Positions 43,261 through 53,174 of a DNA stretch of 64,000 nucleotides are shown piece by piece. Under the pieces are notes generated by a model that saw only the letters and a program-made list of their open reading frames with translations, was not told the origin of the DNA and did no database searches. Within the stretch, counting starts at the first letter, position 1. Every line of letters begins with the position of its first letter. A program made the position numbers and the translations under genes. Origin of the DNA: an uncultured delta proteobacterium (lineage in GTDB: Bacteria > Myxococcota_A > Polyangia > Fen-1088); assembly GCA_963796685.1 (NCBI GenBank), contig CAWCMR010000009.1, positions 288,001 through 352,000 of the forward strand. The letters run 5' to 3'.

Positions 43261-45294
43261 CTAGGGTTTCTTCACCGTGCTCAATGCGGACGTGATGCTC
43301 TTCTCAAGGCTGCTGCCCAGAAGATGGGCGCCATTCGAAGAGAGATGCGACTCATCGACGTAGAGAAGTTGTCCGTTGGCTTGAATTCTGCAAGCCTGGT
43401 GGGCGCACAGGTACTCATAGGGATGCACAATTTCGACACTCGATTCTAGTTGCGAAACAGCTTCCAGCAGCAACTGGTTCACGAGGGTTTCCGTCCTTGC
43501 GCGCTCTCGCGACTCGTCGATTGCGCATCTGTTCTCGTCCAGGCCTCTGAAGTGCGCCCTTCCGACACAGAGCGCCACCTCCGGGGGCGGCAATGGCACC
43601 TGAGCAACGAGAATCACGCGACGCCCGCTGTCCACCAAGATTGAGAGCAATTTCCGGAGGCTACTGATGAACCGTTGCCGGGAGGATTCAATCGAGGGTT
43701 GTCCCCCATCGAGCGTGAGTAACAAGTTTCCGCTCGCGTGTACATCCCAGCGGGCTGCAAGAACCACCACGCGAACAGCATTCTCGGCGAGCACGGACTC
43801 AAGCGCGGCATCATTGAAGGCGGGACACTCTGCCCGCGTCTCGTCGAATGGCAGAAATCGCACACCCGGAATCGGCGAACATCCGGCCTTCGTTATCTCC
43901 CGGGTAGCTAAACCGAGCCGTTTGCCAATCTCCTCGAACACAGAGGCAAGATGCGCGGCGTGGGAATCACCCCAGAGAACCACTTCATACCGGGATCCCC
44001 CTGCGGGAGCCCCAAGGAGGCAGCCCTCGCGCGGAGGAATCGAGGCACCGCGGGCCAAGCAAGGGGACTTCTGCAGGGCCTCCGCCTCCTTCACGAAATC
44101 ACCAACATCCGGACCGCGCGCCGGCAGCCCGTTGCCCAAGTACAAGATCGCGCCCACGATAACGAAGACGGCACTTGTCGCAAGACCGCCAATCACCCAG
44201 GACCTGACCTTGGCCCTGACAACATGTGTTTTGCGGAAAGGGCTCTCGACAAATCGCCATGACAGCCAAGCCACGATGAAGATGAGAACGATCAGTCCAC
44301 TGCGTTCGGCCACGTCCAACTTACGATTGGCGAAAACCTGCCCAAACACAAGAATCGGCCAGTGCCAAAGGTACAGCGAGTAGGAGATCATGCCGATCAT
44401 GACCAGCGGCCGCAGTGACAGAAATCTTCCACCGATGGACGGACCGCCTTCCCCTGCGGCGATGATCAGCGCCGCGCCCGCACAGGGTAGCAACGCCGCG
44501 ATTCCAGGAAACGGTGTCGCCTTGCCGTACGTGGTTACCGCGATGGCCAGCAAGCCTATTCCCGCGAGCGAAGCAACCGATCCCAAAATGCGCGGTAGTC
44601 GCTGGACCCTGCGGGACACCGACGAAAGACCGAGCAACGCGCCCAGCGCAAGCTCCCAGGCCCGTGACGGCAGCAAGTAGAACGCCAGGTTCGGATTGCC
44701 GCCCACCCAGCGCGCGCTGAGCATCAGCGTCCCGACAAACACGGAGAGCGTGGCCGGAATCTTCCACTTCGAAAGTGCAGGGAAACTCAGAACCGTGAGA
44801 ATCAGCGGCCAGCAGACATAAAACTGCTCTTCGAGCGATAGTGTCCAGGTGTGGAGTAGCGGGGTGTATTCGGAGTTGGCGGCGAAGTAGCCGGACCACC
44901 GATAGAATAGAATGTTGGAGGTAAACGCCGACGAGGCAACAAGCGTCTCCCCAAAGGCCTTCAGCTCCACGGGCGGCAAAAGAAAATACGCGGCTACGCT
45001 TGTGGCGGTGAGCGTGCCAAACAGTGCGGGAAAGATGCGCCGGATTCGACGCTGATAGAAGACGAGTACGGAGAATCGGCGCGCCTTCAGTTCACGCTCG
45101 ATGATTTGGGTTATTAGGTAGCCCGATATTACGAAGAACACATCTACGCCGATGAATCCCCCAGGGCAAGAGAAGCCAGCGTGGAAGAGGATGACCGGTA
45201 AAACGGCAAGCGCCCGCAGCCCATCGACGTCCGGCCGGTAGAAGGTCTTGGGCGGCGGATTGTCGAGACTATCTGGATCTGCTGGAGCATGCAT
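43261..45294 (-). CDS. Acyltransferase-3 + SGNH fusion (OafA/OatA-like surface glycan O-acetyltransferase)
   Basis: YRPDVDGLRALAV, GVDVFFVISGYLI, HTWTLSLEEQFY and SYSLYLWHWP; SGNH motifs WGDSHA and DESHL. Confidence 0.92.
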   Translation of the reverse strand: MHAPADPDSLDNPPPKTFYRPDVDGLRALAVLPVILFHAGFSCPGGFIGVDVFFVISGYLITQIIERELKARRFSVLVFYQRRIRRIFPALFGTLTATSVAAYFLLPPVELKAFGETLVASSAFTSNILFYRWSGYFAANSEYTPLLHTWTLSLEEQFYVCWPLILTVLSFPALSKWKIPATLSVFVGTLMLSARWVGGNPNLAFYLLPSRAWELALGALLGLSSVSRRVQRLPRILGSVASLAGIGLLAIAVTTYGKATPFPGIAALLPCAGAALIIAAGEGGPSIGGRFLSLRPLVMIGMISYSLYLWHWPILVFGQVFANRKLDVAERSGLIVLIFIVAWLSWRFVESPFRKTHVVRAKVRSWVIGGLATSAVFVIVGAILYLGNGLPARGPDVGDFVKEAEALQKSPCLARGASIPPREGCLLGAPAGGSRYEVVLWGDSHAAHLASVFEEIGKRLGLATREITKAGCSPIPGVRFLPFDETRAECPAFNDAALESVLAENAVRVVVLAARWDVHASGNLLLTLDGGQPSIESSRQRFISSLRKLLSILVDSGRRVILVAQVPLPPPEVALCVGRAHFRGLDENRCAIDESRERARTETLVNQLLLEAVSQLESSVEIVHPYEYLCAHQACRIQANGQLLYVDESHLSSNGAHLLGSSLEKSITSALSTVKKP

Positions 45295-45554
45295 CTCTTG
45301 TACTTCTATACCCGGATATTTCCGGTGTGAGAGCCAGTGTTGGGTATGAGGCCAAGCTGCAAGATGAACGTGTAGGTTACTGTGGTTGACGCAACGATTT
45401 CTATCGGGCATTGGGTTAGCGTCGAAGTGGTCCGCGCCTTCGGGCGCCCTCGGCAGATCCTAGCCCCCCAGCAGCGCCGTAGAGCTGGCTCGCCCGCGAG
45501 GAACCGAACCCAAAAGGTCAGGTTGCGCGCCAGCGACTCGGGTATTCTCCGCGC

Positions 45555-47105
45555 ATGTTGCCATCGACGACGCCCTCGCCGAAGAAGCGGCTGCTCATTT
45601 TCGTCATCGCCTACCGCGCGGAAAAGACCCTGACCTGGGTGCTATCGCGCATCCCGAGCGCCACGTTCCAGGATCTGGACTGCGAGATCCTGGTCGTCGA
45701 CGACGCTTCGACGGATCGGACGTTCGAGATCGGGCACGAGTGGAAGGAAGCCCATCCCGAGATCGCCGTGACGGTACTGCGCAACGACTACAACCAGGGC
45801 TACGGCGGCAACCAGAAGGTCGGCTACACCTACGCCATCGAGAACGGGTTCGACTTCGTGGCCATGGTCCACGGCGATGGTCAGTACGCCCCCGAGGAGC
45901 TGCCACGCCTGATGGAACCCCTTGCCAAGGGCGACGCCGATGTCGTCCTGGGCAGCCGCATGATGACCAAAGGTGCCGCTCTCAAGGGAGGGATGCCGCT
46001 CTACAAATATCTGGGCAACCGCATTCTCACCGGCCTGCAGAACTTTCTCCTGCGGGCCAACCTGACCGAGTATCACAGTGGCTATCGGCTGTTCGCGGTC
46101 GCGGCCCTCAAGGCGCTGCCCTTCCGCCTGAACTCGAACGACTTCCACTTCGACACCGAGATCATCATCCAGCTCCTCAACGGAGGCTTCCGCATCGCCG
46201 AGCTGCCTATCCCGACCTACTACGGCGACGAGATCTGCTACGTCGACGGCATCAAGTACGCCAAGGAGGTCGTGCACGCCACGCTCCGCAACACCGCCCA
46301 CCGGATGGGGCTGCTCTACCAGCGCAGATTCGACATCGGCGCCGCCGACAACCGCCACTATGAATTGAAGCTGGGCTACGCTAGCACGCACAGCTGGGCG
46401 CTCGCCGCGGTTCCGCGCGGCAGCAGCGTCATCGACATCGGGGCCGGGCCGGGCGGAATGGCGAGGGAGCTGGCCAAGAAGGGCTGCACGGTGGCCGTGG
46501 TCGACCAATTTTCGCCGGGTCTGCCGGCCGGGGACATCCGCATCTTCCGGCAGGATCTGGACGCGCCCCTGACCTTCGATGTCGGGCCGTACAAGCACAT
46601 CCTCTTGCTCGATGTCATCGAGCACCTGCACTCGCCCGAGGATTTTCTCGAGCGGCTGCGCAGCCAGTTCACCCACGAGCCCAAGACCTTCATCCTGACG
46701 ACCGCCAACGTCGCGTTCATCATCCAGCGCCTCATGCTGCTGGCCGGCCAGTTCAACTATGGCAAGAGCGGCATCCTCGACCGGACCCACACGCGCCTGC
46801 TCAGCTTCCGCAGCACGCGCCACCTCCTGCGCGACAGCGGTTTCCGCATCAAGTGTATGCGTGGCGTGCCTGCGCCCTTTCCCAAAGTCCTGGGCAATGG
46901 CCGTCTTGGGCGATTCGCGGTCAAAGCGAATCTCGCGCTCATCAAGCTCAGCAAGACCTTGTTCTCGTACCAGATCTACGTCGAGGCCGAGACCACGCCG
47001 GACGTGAGCTTCGTGCTGCGCGACACGCAGGAAAAGAGCGCAAAGCGCGCTCCCAAGCTGCGCGCGGTCGGGACGTCCGTCCCCGACTCGGAACCTTCGC
47101 GCTAA
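45555..47105 (+). CDS. Bifunctional GT2 glycosyltransferase / class I SAM methyltransferase
   Basis: VVDDASTD, NQGYGGNQK and HGDGQY; second domain DIGAGPG, DVIEHL and GILDRTH. Confidence 0.9.
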   Translation: MLPSTTPSPKKRLLIFVIAYRAEKTLTWVLSRIPSATFQDLDCEILVVDDASTDRTFEIGHEWKEAHPEIAVTVLRNDYNQGYGGNQKVGYTYAIENGFDFVAMVHGDGQYAPEELPRLMEPLAKGDADVVLGSRMMTKGAALKGGMPLYKYLGNRILTGLQNFLLRANLTEYHSGYRLFAVAALKALPFRLNSNDFHFDTEIIIQLLNGGFRIAELPIPTYYGDEICYVDGIKYAKEVVHATLRNTAHRMGLLYQRRFDIGAADNRHYELKLGYASTHSWALAAVPRGSSVIDIGAGPGGMARELAKKGCTVAVVDQFSPGLPAGDIRIFRQDLDAPLTFDVGPYKHILLLDVIEHLHSPEDFLERLRSQFTHEPKTFILTTANVAFIIQRLMLLAGQFNYGKSGILDRTHTRLLSFRSTRHLLRDSGFRIKCMRGVPAPFPKVLGNGRLGRFAVKANLALIKLSKTLFSYQIYVEAETTPDVSFVLRDTQEKSAKRAPKLRAVGTSVPDSEPSR

Positions 47106-47127
47106 CACCCGTTGCCAAGACCCGTCG

Positions 47128-47155
47128 CGAGTCTCGGACCTCCGTCCGAGACTCG
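47128..47155. terminator. Perfect 12 bp hairpin between convergent genes
   Basis: CGAGTCTCGGAC-CTCC-GTCCGAGACTCG; no U-tract. Confidence 0.5.
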
Positions 47156-47171
47156 GCGTCCACCGAATCGA

Positions 47172-49823
47172 CTACGATATGATGTAGTGGCAGGAGCTGT
47201 CGCAGGGCTGGCCGGCGACGCCGTTGTTCGATCCCAGGTCGCACTCTTCTTTCAGGTTGGTATCGACGATGCCGTCGCCACAGTAGTGCGGTGCCATGCA
47301 ACCAATGGTGCATTCGCTGCCGCCGTTGTCCTTGCCCTTGTCGCAGTCCTCGTTCGGACTGTCCGTATTGCCGTCGCCACAGAAGGGTCCGAACTTGCAC
47401 TGCGTGGTGCAACCACCGTAGGCCTTGTCGTCGTTCTTGGTCGTGCAGCCGTCAGGCAGCGAACCGGAGCCGTCGCCGCAGTCGCATTCCTCGCCCCCAG
47501 ACACGACGCCATCGCCACAGCGGGGCGAGCAATCCGACCTCTTGGTCGTGTAGCCGTTGAGGGTGAGCTGGTAGTTCGACTCGGGGGGGTGACGATCGGC
47601 ACCGAAGATGGCAATCTCGTAGACCTTGCCGGTGGTCAGCCCCAGCTTGACGGTCCCTGTCTTGAAGTCATCCGGCGTGACAGCAGCCGGGGAAGTCACG
47701 TTGTTGTTGGTGACCGTGCATGCGGTGGACCCAGCGGTGACCCCGGTGATGTTTCCGGCCGCATCCAGGCATCCACCCTCGGAAAACGTCGCGTCCCCTG
47801 GATCGCCGGTGACGGTGACCTTGCCCGGCAGCTGCTGGTGAACGCCACCCAGATCGAGGACCAAGACGCCGTTGATGAACACGAACATATCGTCATCGCC
47901 GAAGAAGCTCAGGGAGATGCCATTGGTGCCGTCGTACACGAAGTAGTAGCGTACCTCATCGGTGAAGTAGGAGTCGTGCTTGGTGCCCGGGGTAGCCGTG
48001 ACCCAACAGCCGTCGGTGAGCTTGGCGCCGGACGGGCAATCGGCCGCGGTCACGCGGGGCGGGAACAGATACTGGTCGCCCGTGCAAGTCGTCCAGATGG
48101 GGTTTCCGTTGCCATGGTTCCAATAGGGCCAAAGGTCGCACAACGTGGCCTGGGAAGGATTCAGCGTGTCCAGGGGAAAGAAACCGGAGTCGGGACCGGC
48201 CAGGTGCGTCTTGCTGGCGTACTGGTAGATGTTGGTGCCGGAGGCGAGCGGCTTCATCTCGATGACACCCGTGAACGTCTTGTTCACCGTGCTGTCATCG
48301 TTGAACCATTGCTTGAAGCTGTTGGCGTCTTTGTAAGCTGGCGTGGTTCCGTGCCAGATGGGGCCGCCAGGGGAGCTGGAGGTGTAGCCGGTGATGGTGC
48401 CCGTGGAGACGCCGGCGTTGCCGGTCACGCTGACGGCGGAGCCGGCGGCTCCGCCGAGGTAGGCACCAGCGCCGTCGGAGAGCGGGCTATCGTTGCCGGC
48501 CTGGGTGTAGTTGCCGGGAATCCTGCTCGAATTGCCGATGTTCCAATCGCTGAACTGGCAAGCGCAGGTCTTCGTGGAGCCGGGTTGCGGCTTGCCGTGT
48601 AGAAGATTGTTGTCCACGATGCCCCAGCAACGCGCGGTCGAGTCGTTACCCTTCGAAGGCCCGCCCGAATTGGGAACGCAGATGGTCGTGGGCGACTTGG
48701 AGCCATTGGCCTTCGTGCCGAGGAAGAAGAAGTCCGGATGTCCACCCGAAGCCACGTTCTCGGGCTGGAAGTCCCGGTAGGTGACGGGCAGATCGAGGCA
48801 TGATCCCGTATTCCCCGCCTGCGTGCAGTCCGTGGAGTCTTGGACGGTCTGGGTCGAGCACGTAAAGCCGTCCTCGATCTTGCAGCTCGACGAGCAGCCA
48901 TCGCCGTCGAGCACATTGGCATCGTCGCAATCTTCGCCTGGATCGAGATTGCCATCACCGCAAGCCGAGGTGCAGGCCTGGGTCTTGCCAGAGCTGTCCT
49001 GGCAAGTGGGCTCCTTGGTGCAGGTCTTGGAGCAGCCTTTGCCGTCGCCGTAGAAGAGGCCGTTCACGGCCTTGCAGTCCTTGGGGAGGTTCGTTGCGTC
49101 CGTGCCGCAGTCGCACAGCTCGGTCTTCTCCACGACCCCGTTGCCGCATTTGGCCATCTTGCAAGCCCCGCCCTGGGGCGGACAGTCGGCGCCGGGCTCG
49201 ATCTGGCAGGTGCTGGAGCAGCCATCGCCGCTATCCGAGTTGCCGTCGTCGCAGGCTTCACTGCCGATGACCTTGCCGTCCCCGCACAGCGGCGTGCAGC
49301 GCTTGCCGGGCACGCGACATTGATACCCGGGCTCGACGGTCTGGCAGTCCGCGGAACAGCCGTCTCGGTCCTTGGTGTTGCCGTCGTCGCAGGTTTCGTC
49401 GGAGGTCAGATAGCCGTTTCCGCACACCGCGAGATTCGTGCAAGGCTGCCCAGGCGTTTCGCAGAGGTAGTTGGCCTCGAGCTGGCATAGCTTGTTGCAA
49501 CCGTCACCACTGACGGTGTTGCCGTCGTCGCACGCTTCACCGTTGCCCGTGTCGAGCACGCCATCGCCGCAATTCTTCGTGTTCACGCTGGTGGGTCCGG
49601 TGTTGCCGCCGTGGCCAACCGTGCCGATGGTGATGCCGCCGCCCCCGCCATTGCCACCGCCACCCTTACCGCCGCCATTGCCACCACCACCCCCGGTATC
49701 GATCGTTCCACCGCCTTGACATCCCAGCCCCCCGCCGACCAAGACCAGTCCAACCAAAATTCTCGACAGACAAGTCACAAGCCTCGGAAGGCTGGCGCAA
49801 TGACGGAGAGTGGTGGTTCTCAT
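47172..49823 (-). CDS. Fibro-slime domain lipoprotein with myxococcal Cys-rich (DUF4215-type) repeats
   Basis: Lipobox GLGC; CGDG..EACDDGN..GDGC repeats; fibro-slime motifs YRDF, FTDEVRYYF and FFGDDDMFVFINGVLVLDLGGVH. Confidence 0.88.
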   Translation of the reverse strand: MRTTTLRHCASLPRLVTCLSRILVGLVLVGGGLGCQGGGTIDTGGGGGNGGGKGGGGNGGGGGITIGTVGHGGNTGPTSVNTKNCGDGVLDTGNGEACDDGNTVSGDGCNKLCQLEANYLCETPGQPCTNLAVCGNGYLTSDETCDDGNTKDRDGCSADCQTVEPGYQCRVPGKRCTPLCGDGKVIGSEACDDGNSDSGDGCSSTCQIEPGADCPPQGGACKMAKCGNGVVEKTELCDCGTDATNLPKDCKAVNGLFYGDGKGCSKTCTKEPTCQDSSGKTQACTSACGDGNLDPGEDCDDANVLDGDGCSSSCKIEDGFTCSTQTVQDSTDCTQAGNTGSCLDLPVTYRDFQPENVASGGHPDFFFLGTKANGSKSPTTICVPNSGGPSKGNDSTARCWGIVDNNLLHGKPQPGSTKTCACQFSDWNIGNSSRIPGNYTQAGNDSPLSDGAGAYLGGAAGSAVSVTGNAGVSTGTITGYTSSSPGGPIWHGTTPAYKDANSFKQWFNDDSTVNKTFTGVIEMKPLASGTNIYQYASKTHLAGPDSGFFPLDTLNPSQATLCDLWPYWNHGNGNPIWTTCTGDQYLFPPRVTAADCPSGAKLTDGCWVTATPGTKHDSYFTDEVRYYFVYDGTNGISLSFFGDDDMFVFINGVLVLDLGGVHQQLPGKVTVTGDPGDATFSEGGCLDAAGNITGVTAGSTACTVTNNNVTSPAAVTPDDFKTGTVKLGLTTGKVYEIAIFGADRHPPESNYQLTLNGYTTKRSDCSPRCGDGVVSGGEECDCGDGSGSLPDGCTTKNDDKAYGGCTTQCKFGPFCGDGNTDSPNEDCDKGKDNGGSECTIGCMAPHYCGDGIVDTNLKEECDLGSNNGVAGQPCDSSCHYIIS

Positions 49824-50065
49824 TTGAACATACCTCGCGTGAAAATAGGCGGGTCCCATGCCCGGCCGCTGGAAGTTAGTATAGCGGAGCACCTCGTCTC
49901 GATTACAAGAAAATACGGCAGGAACACCGCGGGGATGAGAGCGATCTCACCTTGCCATCGGGTCTGGCCGATCGGCGCAACCTCCACCGCCCCGAACGAC
50001 GCTCGCCCTGCAAAACACCCCACCTTGTCCGGGTGGGAAGGCACATTTCACAGAGTCGGAAGGCG

Positions 50066-51887
50066 CTATGCGCTAGCAGCGGGCAAGGTAGCCGCGCGGC
50101 CGGGGCTTCGTTCATGGAGAGCCGGGGTGGCACCATCGCGGACCGGCAGCAGCTCGTAGCGCATGTTCCGTCGGCGAGGAACGAACCCGGCCGCCCGTAC
50201 ACGACGCTCGATGTCCTCCGCCGATAGCTTGAAGACGGCGCCGGCCTGGGACACGACGTTCTCTTCGATCATGGCGGACCCGAAGTCATTGCCCCCGAAG
50301 CGCAACGCCACCTGCCCGATGTCCGGCCCCATGGTGGGCCAGGACACCTGCAAATTGGGGACATTGTCGAGGTAGAGACGCGCCAGGCTGAACACGCGCA
50401 GGTAGCGATGCGCCGAAGTGTCGTCCTCGAGCCGCAAGCGTGTGCCCTCGGACTGAAAGGGCCAGCAGATGAAGGCCGTGAAGCCAGCGGTCTGGTCCTG
50501 CAGCGCTCGCAGACGGTCGAGATGCTTGATGATGTGCTCGGGCGTCTCACCGAAGCCGAAGACCATGGTTGCCGTCGTGCGCAAGCCGAGGGCATGGGCC
50601 TCGCGCATCACGTCCATCCACGTACCCGCCGAGCACTTGAGCGGTGAAACCCGACGTCGAATCTCGTCGTCGAGGATCTCGGCCCCGCCACCGGGAAGGC
50701 TGTCCAGCCCGGCCTCCACCAGGCGCCGCAGGACCTCCCGAATGGACAGTCCTTCCTGTTTGGCGATGAAGCTCACCTCCTCGGGCGAAAGCGCGTGCAA
50801 GGCCAGGGGGAAGGTCGCCTTGGTCCAGCGGAAGAGATCCTCGTAGTACCCGATGCGCAGGTTCGGGTTGACGCCCCCCTGGAGCAGGATCTGGATCCCG
50901 CCCATGGCCACGGTTTCCGAGAACTTCTCGGCCAGCACCTCGCGTGACAGGGTGTAGGCATCCTTGCTCTTGGCGGGCCGGTAGAAGTTGCAGAACTTGC
51001 ACGCCGTGATGCAGAGGTTGGTGTAGTTCACGTTGCGGTCGATGATGTACGTAACGAGGTTCCGTGGGTGCAAAGAGCGCCGCCGCTCGTCCGCGGCCTT
51101 GCCCAGATCGAGCAGCGTGGCGCTTTCGTACAGCCGGATGCCCTCGGCTGGGCTCAAGCGCTCCCCCGCTGCCGCCCCCGAAAGCAGGGCGTCCAGACCC
51201 GGCATCGCGCTCTTGCGCTGCTTCGTCCCGGCCGCATGGCTCTCCTGCCCCGGAGCGTAGGCGAAGTCGAAGAAGCGGATCCGGGTGGGGGTGGTATGCG
51301 ATGGCGTCTCGGCCGAACGCAGGTGCTCGAGGAACGCCGCCAAACCGGACATCTCCTCCGCGCCCAGTCGATAGTCTAGGCTCTCGGTCAGAAAGCCCTC
51401 GTAGAGCGCCGGAGAGCCCCCGTGGGCCTCGGCAAACGCGCCCGCGATGTCGCCCAGGTGGGCCAGCCCCTGCTGCAAGCTGGCGGCGAGCAGGTTGGAC
51501 TCGGCCGCGCCCGCGGCTCCGTTCTGCCCAATCCACAGCAACGAGACGAAGGGCAACCCGAACCGTCGGCACCAGTCGCCCACGCTGCCCGAGAGCGCTC
51601 CCAGGCTGTGCTCGCGCCTCAGATCGGTCGGAACATCGCCGCGAACGACGACCGCCACGCGTGGAACGATCCGAAGGTCGAGAGCGCTGCCCAGGGAAAG
51701 CGAGGCAAAGCTCGCGCTGGGAAGGAGCGCGAGATCGGCCAGCCCGCGGGATACGCGGGAGGCGCACCCCTCGGCCGAGTCGAAGGCCAAGTCGAAAAGA
51801 ATCCTCGACCAGTCCTCGTTCGATTCCGTAGGTCAGCGGCCGCGCGCTCAAAGACGAAACCGCGACCAAGCGCACCCGCGCCGTCAC
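50066..51887 (-). CDS. mqnC: Fusion of a shortened MqnA-like domain and cyclic dehypoxanthine futalosine synthase MqnC (+1 frameshift near 51801)
   Basis: N-terminus VRLVAVSSLSARPLTYG, DLALLPS and GLPFV resemble MqnA. C-terminal radical SAM domain has IDRNVNYTN-CITACKFC and FGGNDFGSAMIEENVV. GTG start overlaps the mqnE stop. Confidence 0.85.
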
Positions 51888-53030
51888 GAGAGCACCCGTA
51901 GCGCGGCCGGATCCGGTCGTCGGAACGGCTTCTGGGGAAGCAACGCGTCGCCCTCAGCCAGGACGCGGTAGAGGGTGTCACGCTCGACCGGCACGCGACC
52001 CGCGCGCTCGATGAGGTGGACGATCTCGGACACCGCCAGGTGCTGCGGGGTCTCCGCGCCGGCCATGTGGTAAATGCGTTCCTCCTGCACGGTGCCGTCG
52101 AGGTCGTCGGCACCGAACCACTGGGCGGTCTGCGCGGTCTTGAGCCCCAACATGACCCAATAGGCTTTGAGATGGGGGATGTTGTGCAAGAGCAGGCGCG
52201 ACACCGCGAAGAGGCGAAGGTCGTCGACGCCGGTCGGCGCGGCCAGCCTCTGCAGGGCGTTGCCGTCGGGGTGAAAAGCGAGCGGGATGAAGGTTTGGAA
52301 CCCTTGCGTCTCGTCCTGCAAGGCGCGCAGGCGCAAGAGGTGCTCGACCCGCTCCTCGACGGTTTCGATGTGACCGTACAGCATGGTGCAATTCGACCGC
52401 AGCCCCATCCGGTGGGCGGTGCGGTGGACGTCGAGCCACTCCTCGGCATCGCACTTGTCGGCACAGAGCTTGCGGCGCACGCGCGGCGAGAAGATCTCGG
52501 CGCCGCCGCCCGGCAGCGAATCCAGCCCGGCGGCGTGCAGGCGCCGCAGGACCTCGGCCACCGGCAAGCCGTAGTGCTGGTGGAAGAAGAAGAGCTCCAC
52601 CGCGGTGAAGGCCTTGAGGTGAACGGTGGGGCAGAGACGCTTGAGCCCGGAGAGCAGCTCGGTGTAGTAGGAAAATGGCAAGCCGTCGTGGAGCCCGTTG
52701 ACGATGTGGATCTCGGTGATGGGATCCCCCGCCGCCATGCGGGTTCGCAAGCGTCCCCAGGCCTCGTCCAAGCTCAGCGTGTAGGCGCCCGGATCGCCGG
52801 CTTTCAGGCGGGCGAACGAACAGAACCTGCAACTCGCCACGCACACGTTGGTGGCGTTGATGTGCATGTTGCGATTGAAGAAGGTCCGCTGGCCGTGCAG
52901 GCGCTCGCGAACCTCGTTGGCCAGTTGTCCGAGCTTCGAGCAGGTTGGGATGATGAAAGAGAGCGATGCCATCCGCGAAACCGAGGGGTTCGCCGGCCCG
53001 CACCTTATCTTTGATTTCCGAGAACGACAT
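51884..53030 (-). CDS. mqnE: Aminofutalosine synthase (+1 frameshift near 52938)
   Basis: N-terminus [22 protein letters not shown] (ORF 51978) joins [33 protein letters not shown] and [20 protein letters not shown]. Confidence 0.9.
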
Positions 53031-53138
53031 GGGACTCCAGGGCAAGTTCTGCGGCAAAACCTAGCAGCCGGAAGAGCGGACGCCACAGCGCGCGGCCAAA
53101 ATGCGACAAATCTTGTCTCCTTTATTGGGCGACCGGGG

Positions 53139-53167
53139 TTGCACCCCGGCCGTAGCGAAGTCATGGT
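53139..53167 (+). promoter_or_regulatory. Putative sigma70 promoter giving a leaderless yyaL transcript
   Basis: TTGCAC-N17-CATGGT, ending 7 nt before ATG 53175. Confidence 0.4.
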
Positions 53168-53174
53168 GAGCCCC

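Noticed and set aside
51795-52945. Programmed frameshifting in the mqn genes
   Set aside because: There is no canonical slippery heptamer, and the same +1 pattern occurs in unrelated genes, so sequencing error is simpler.
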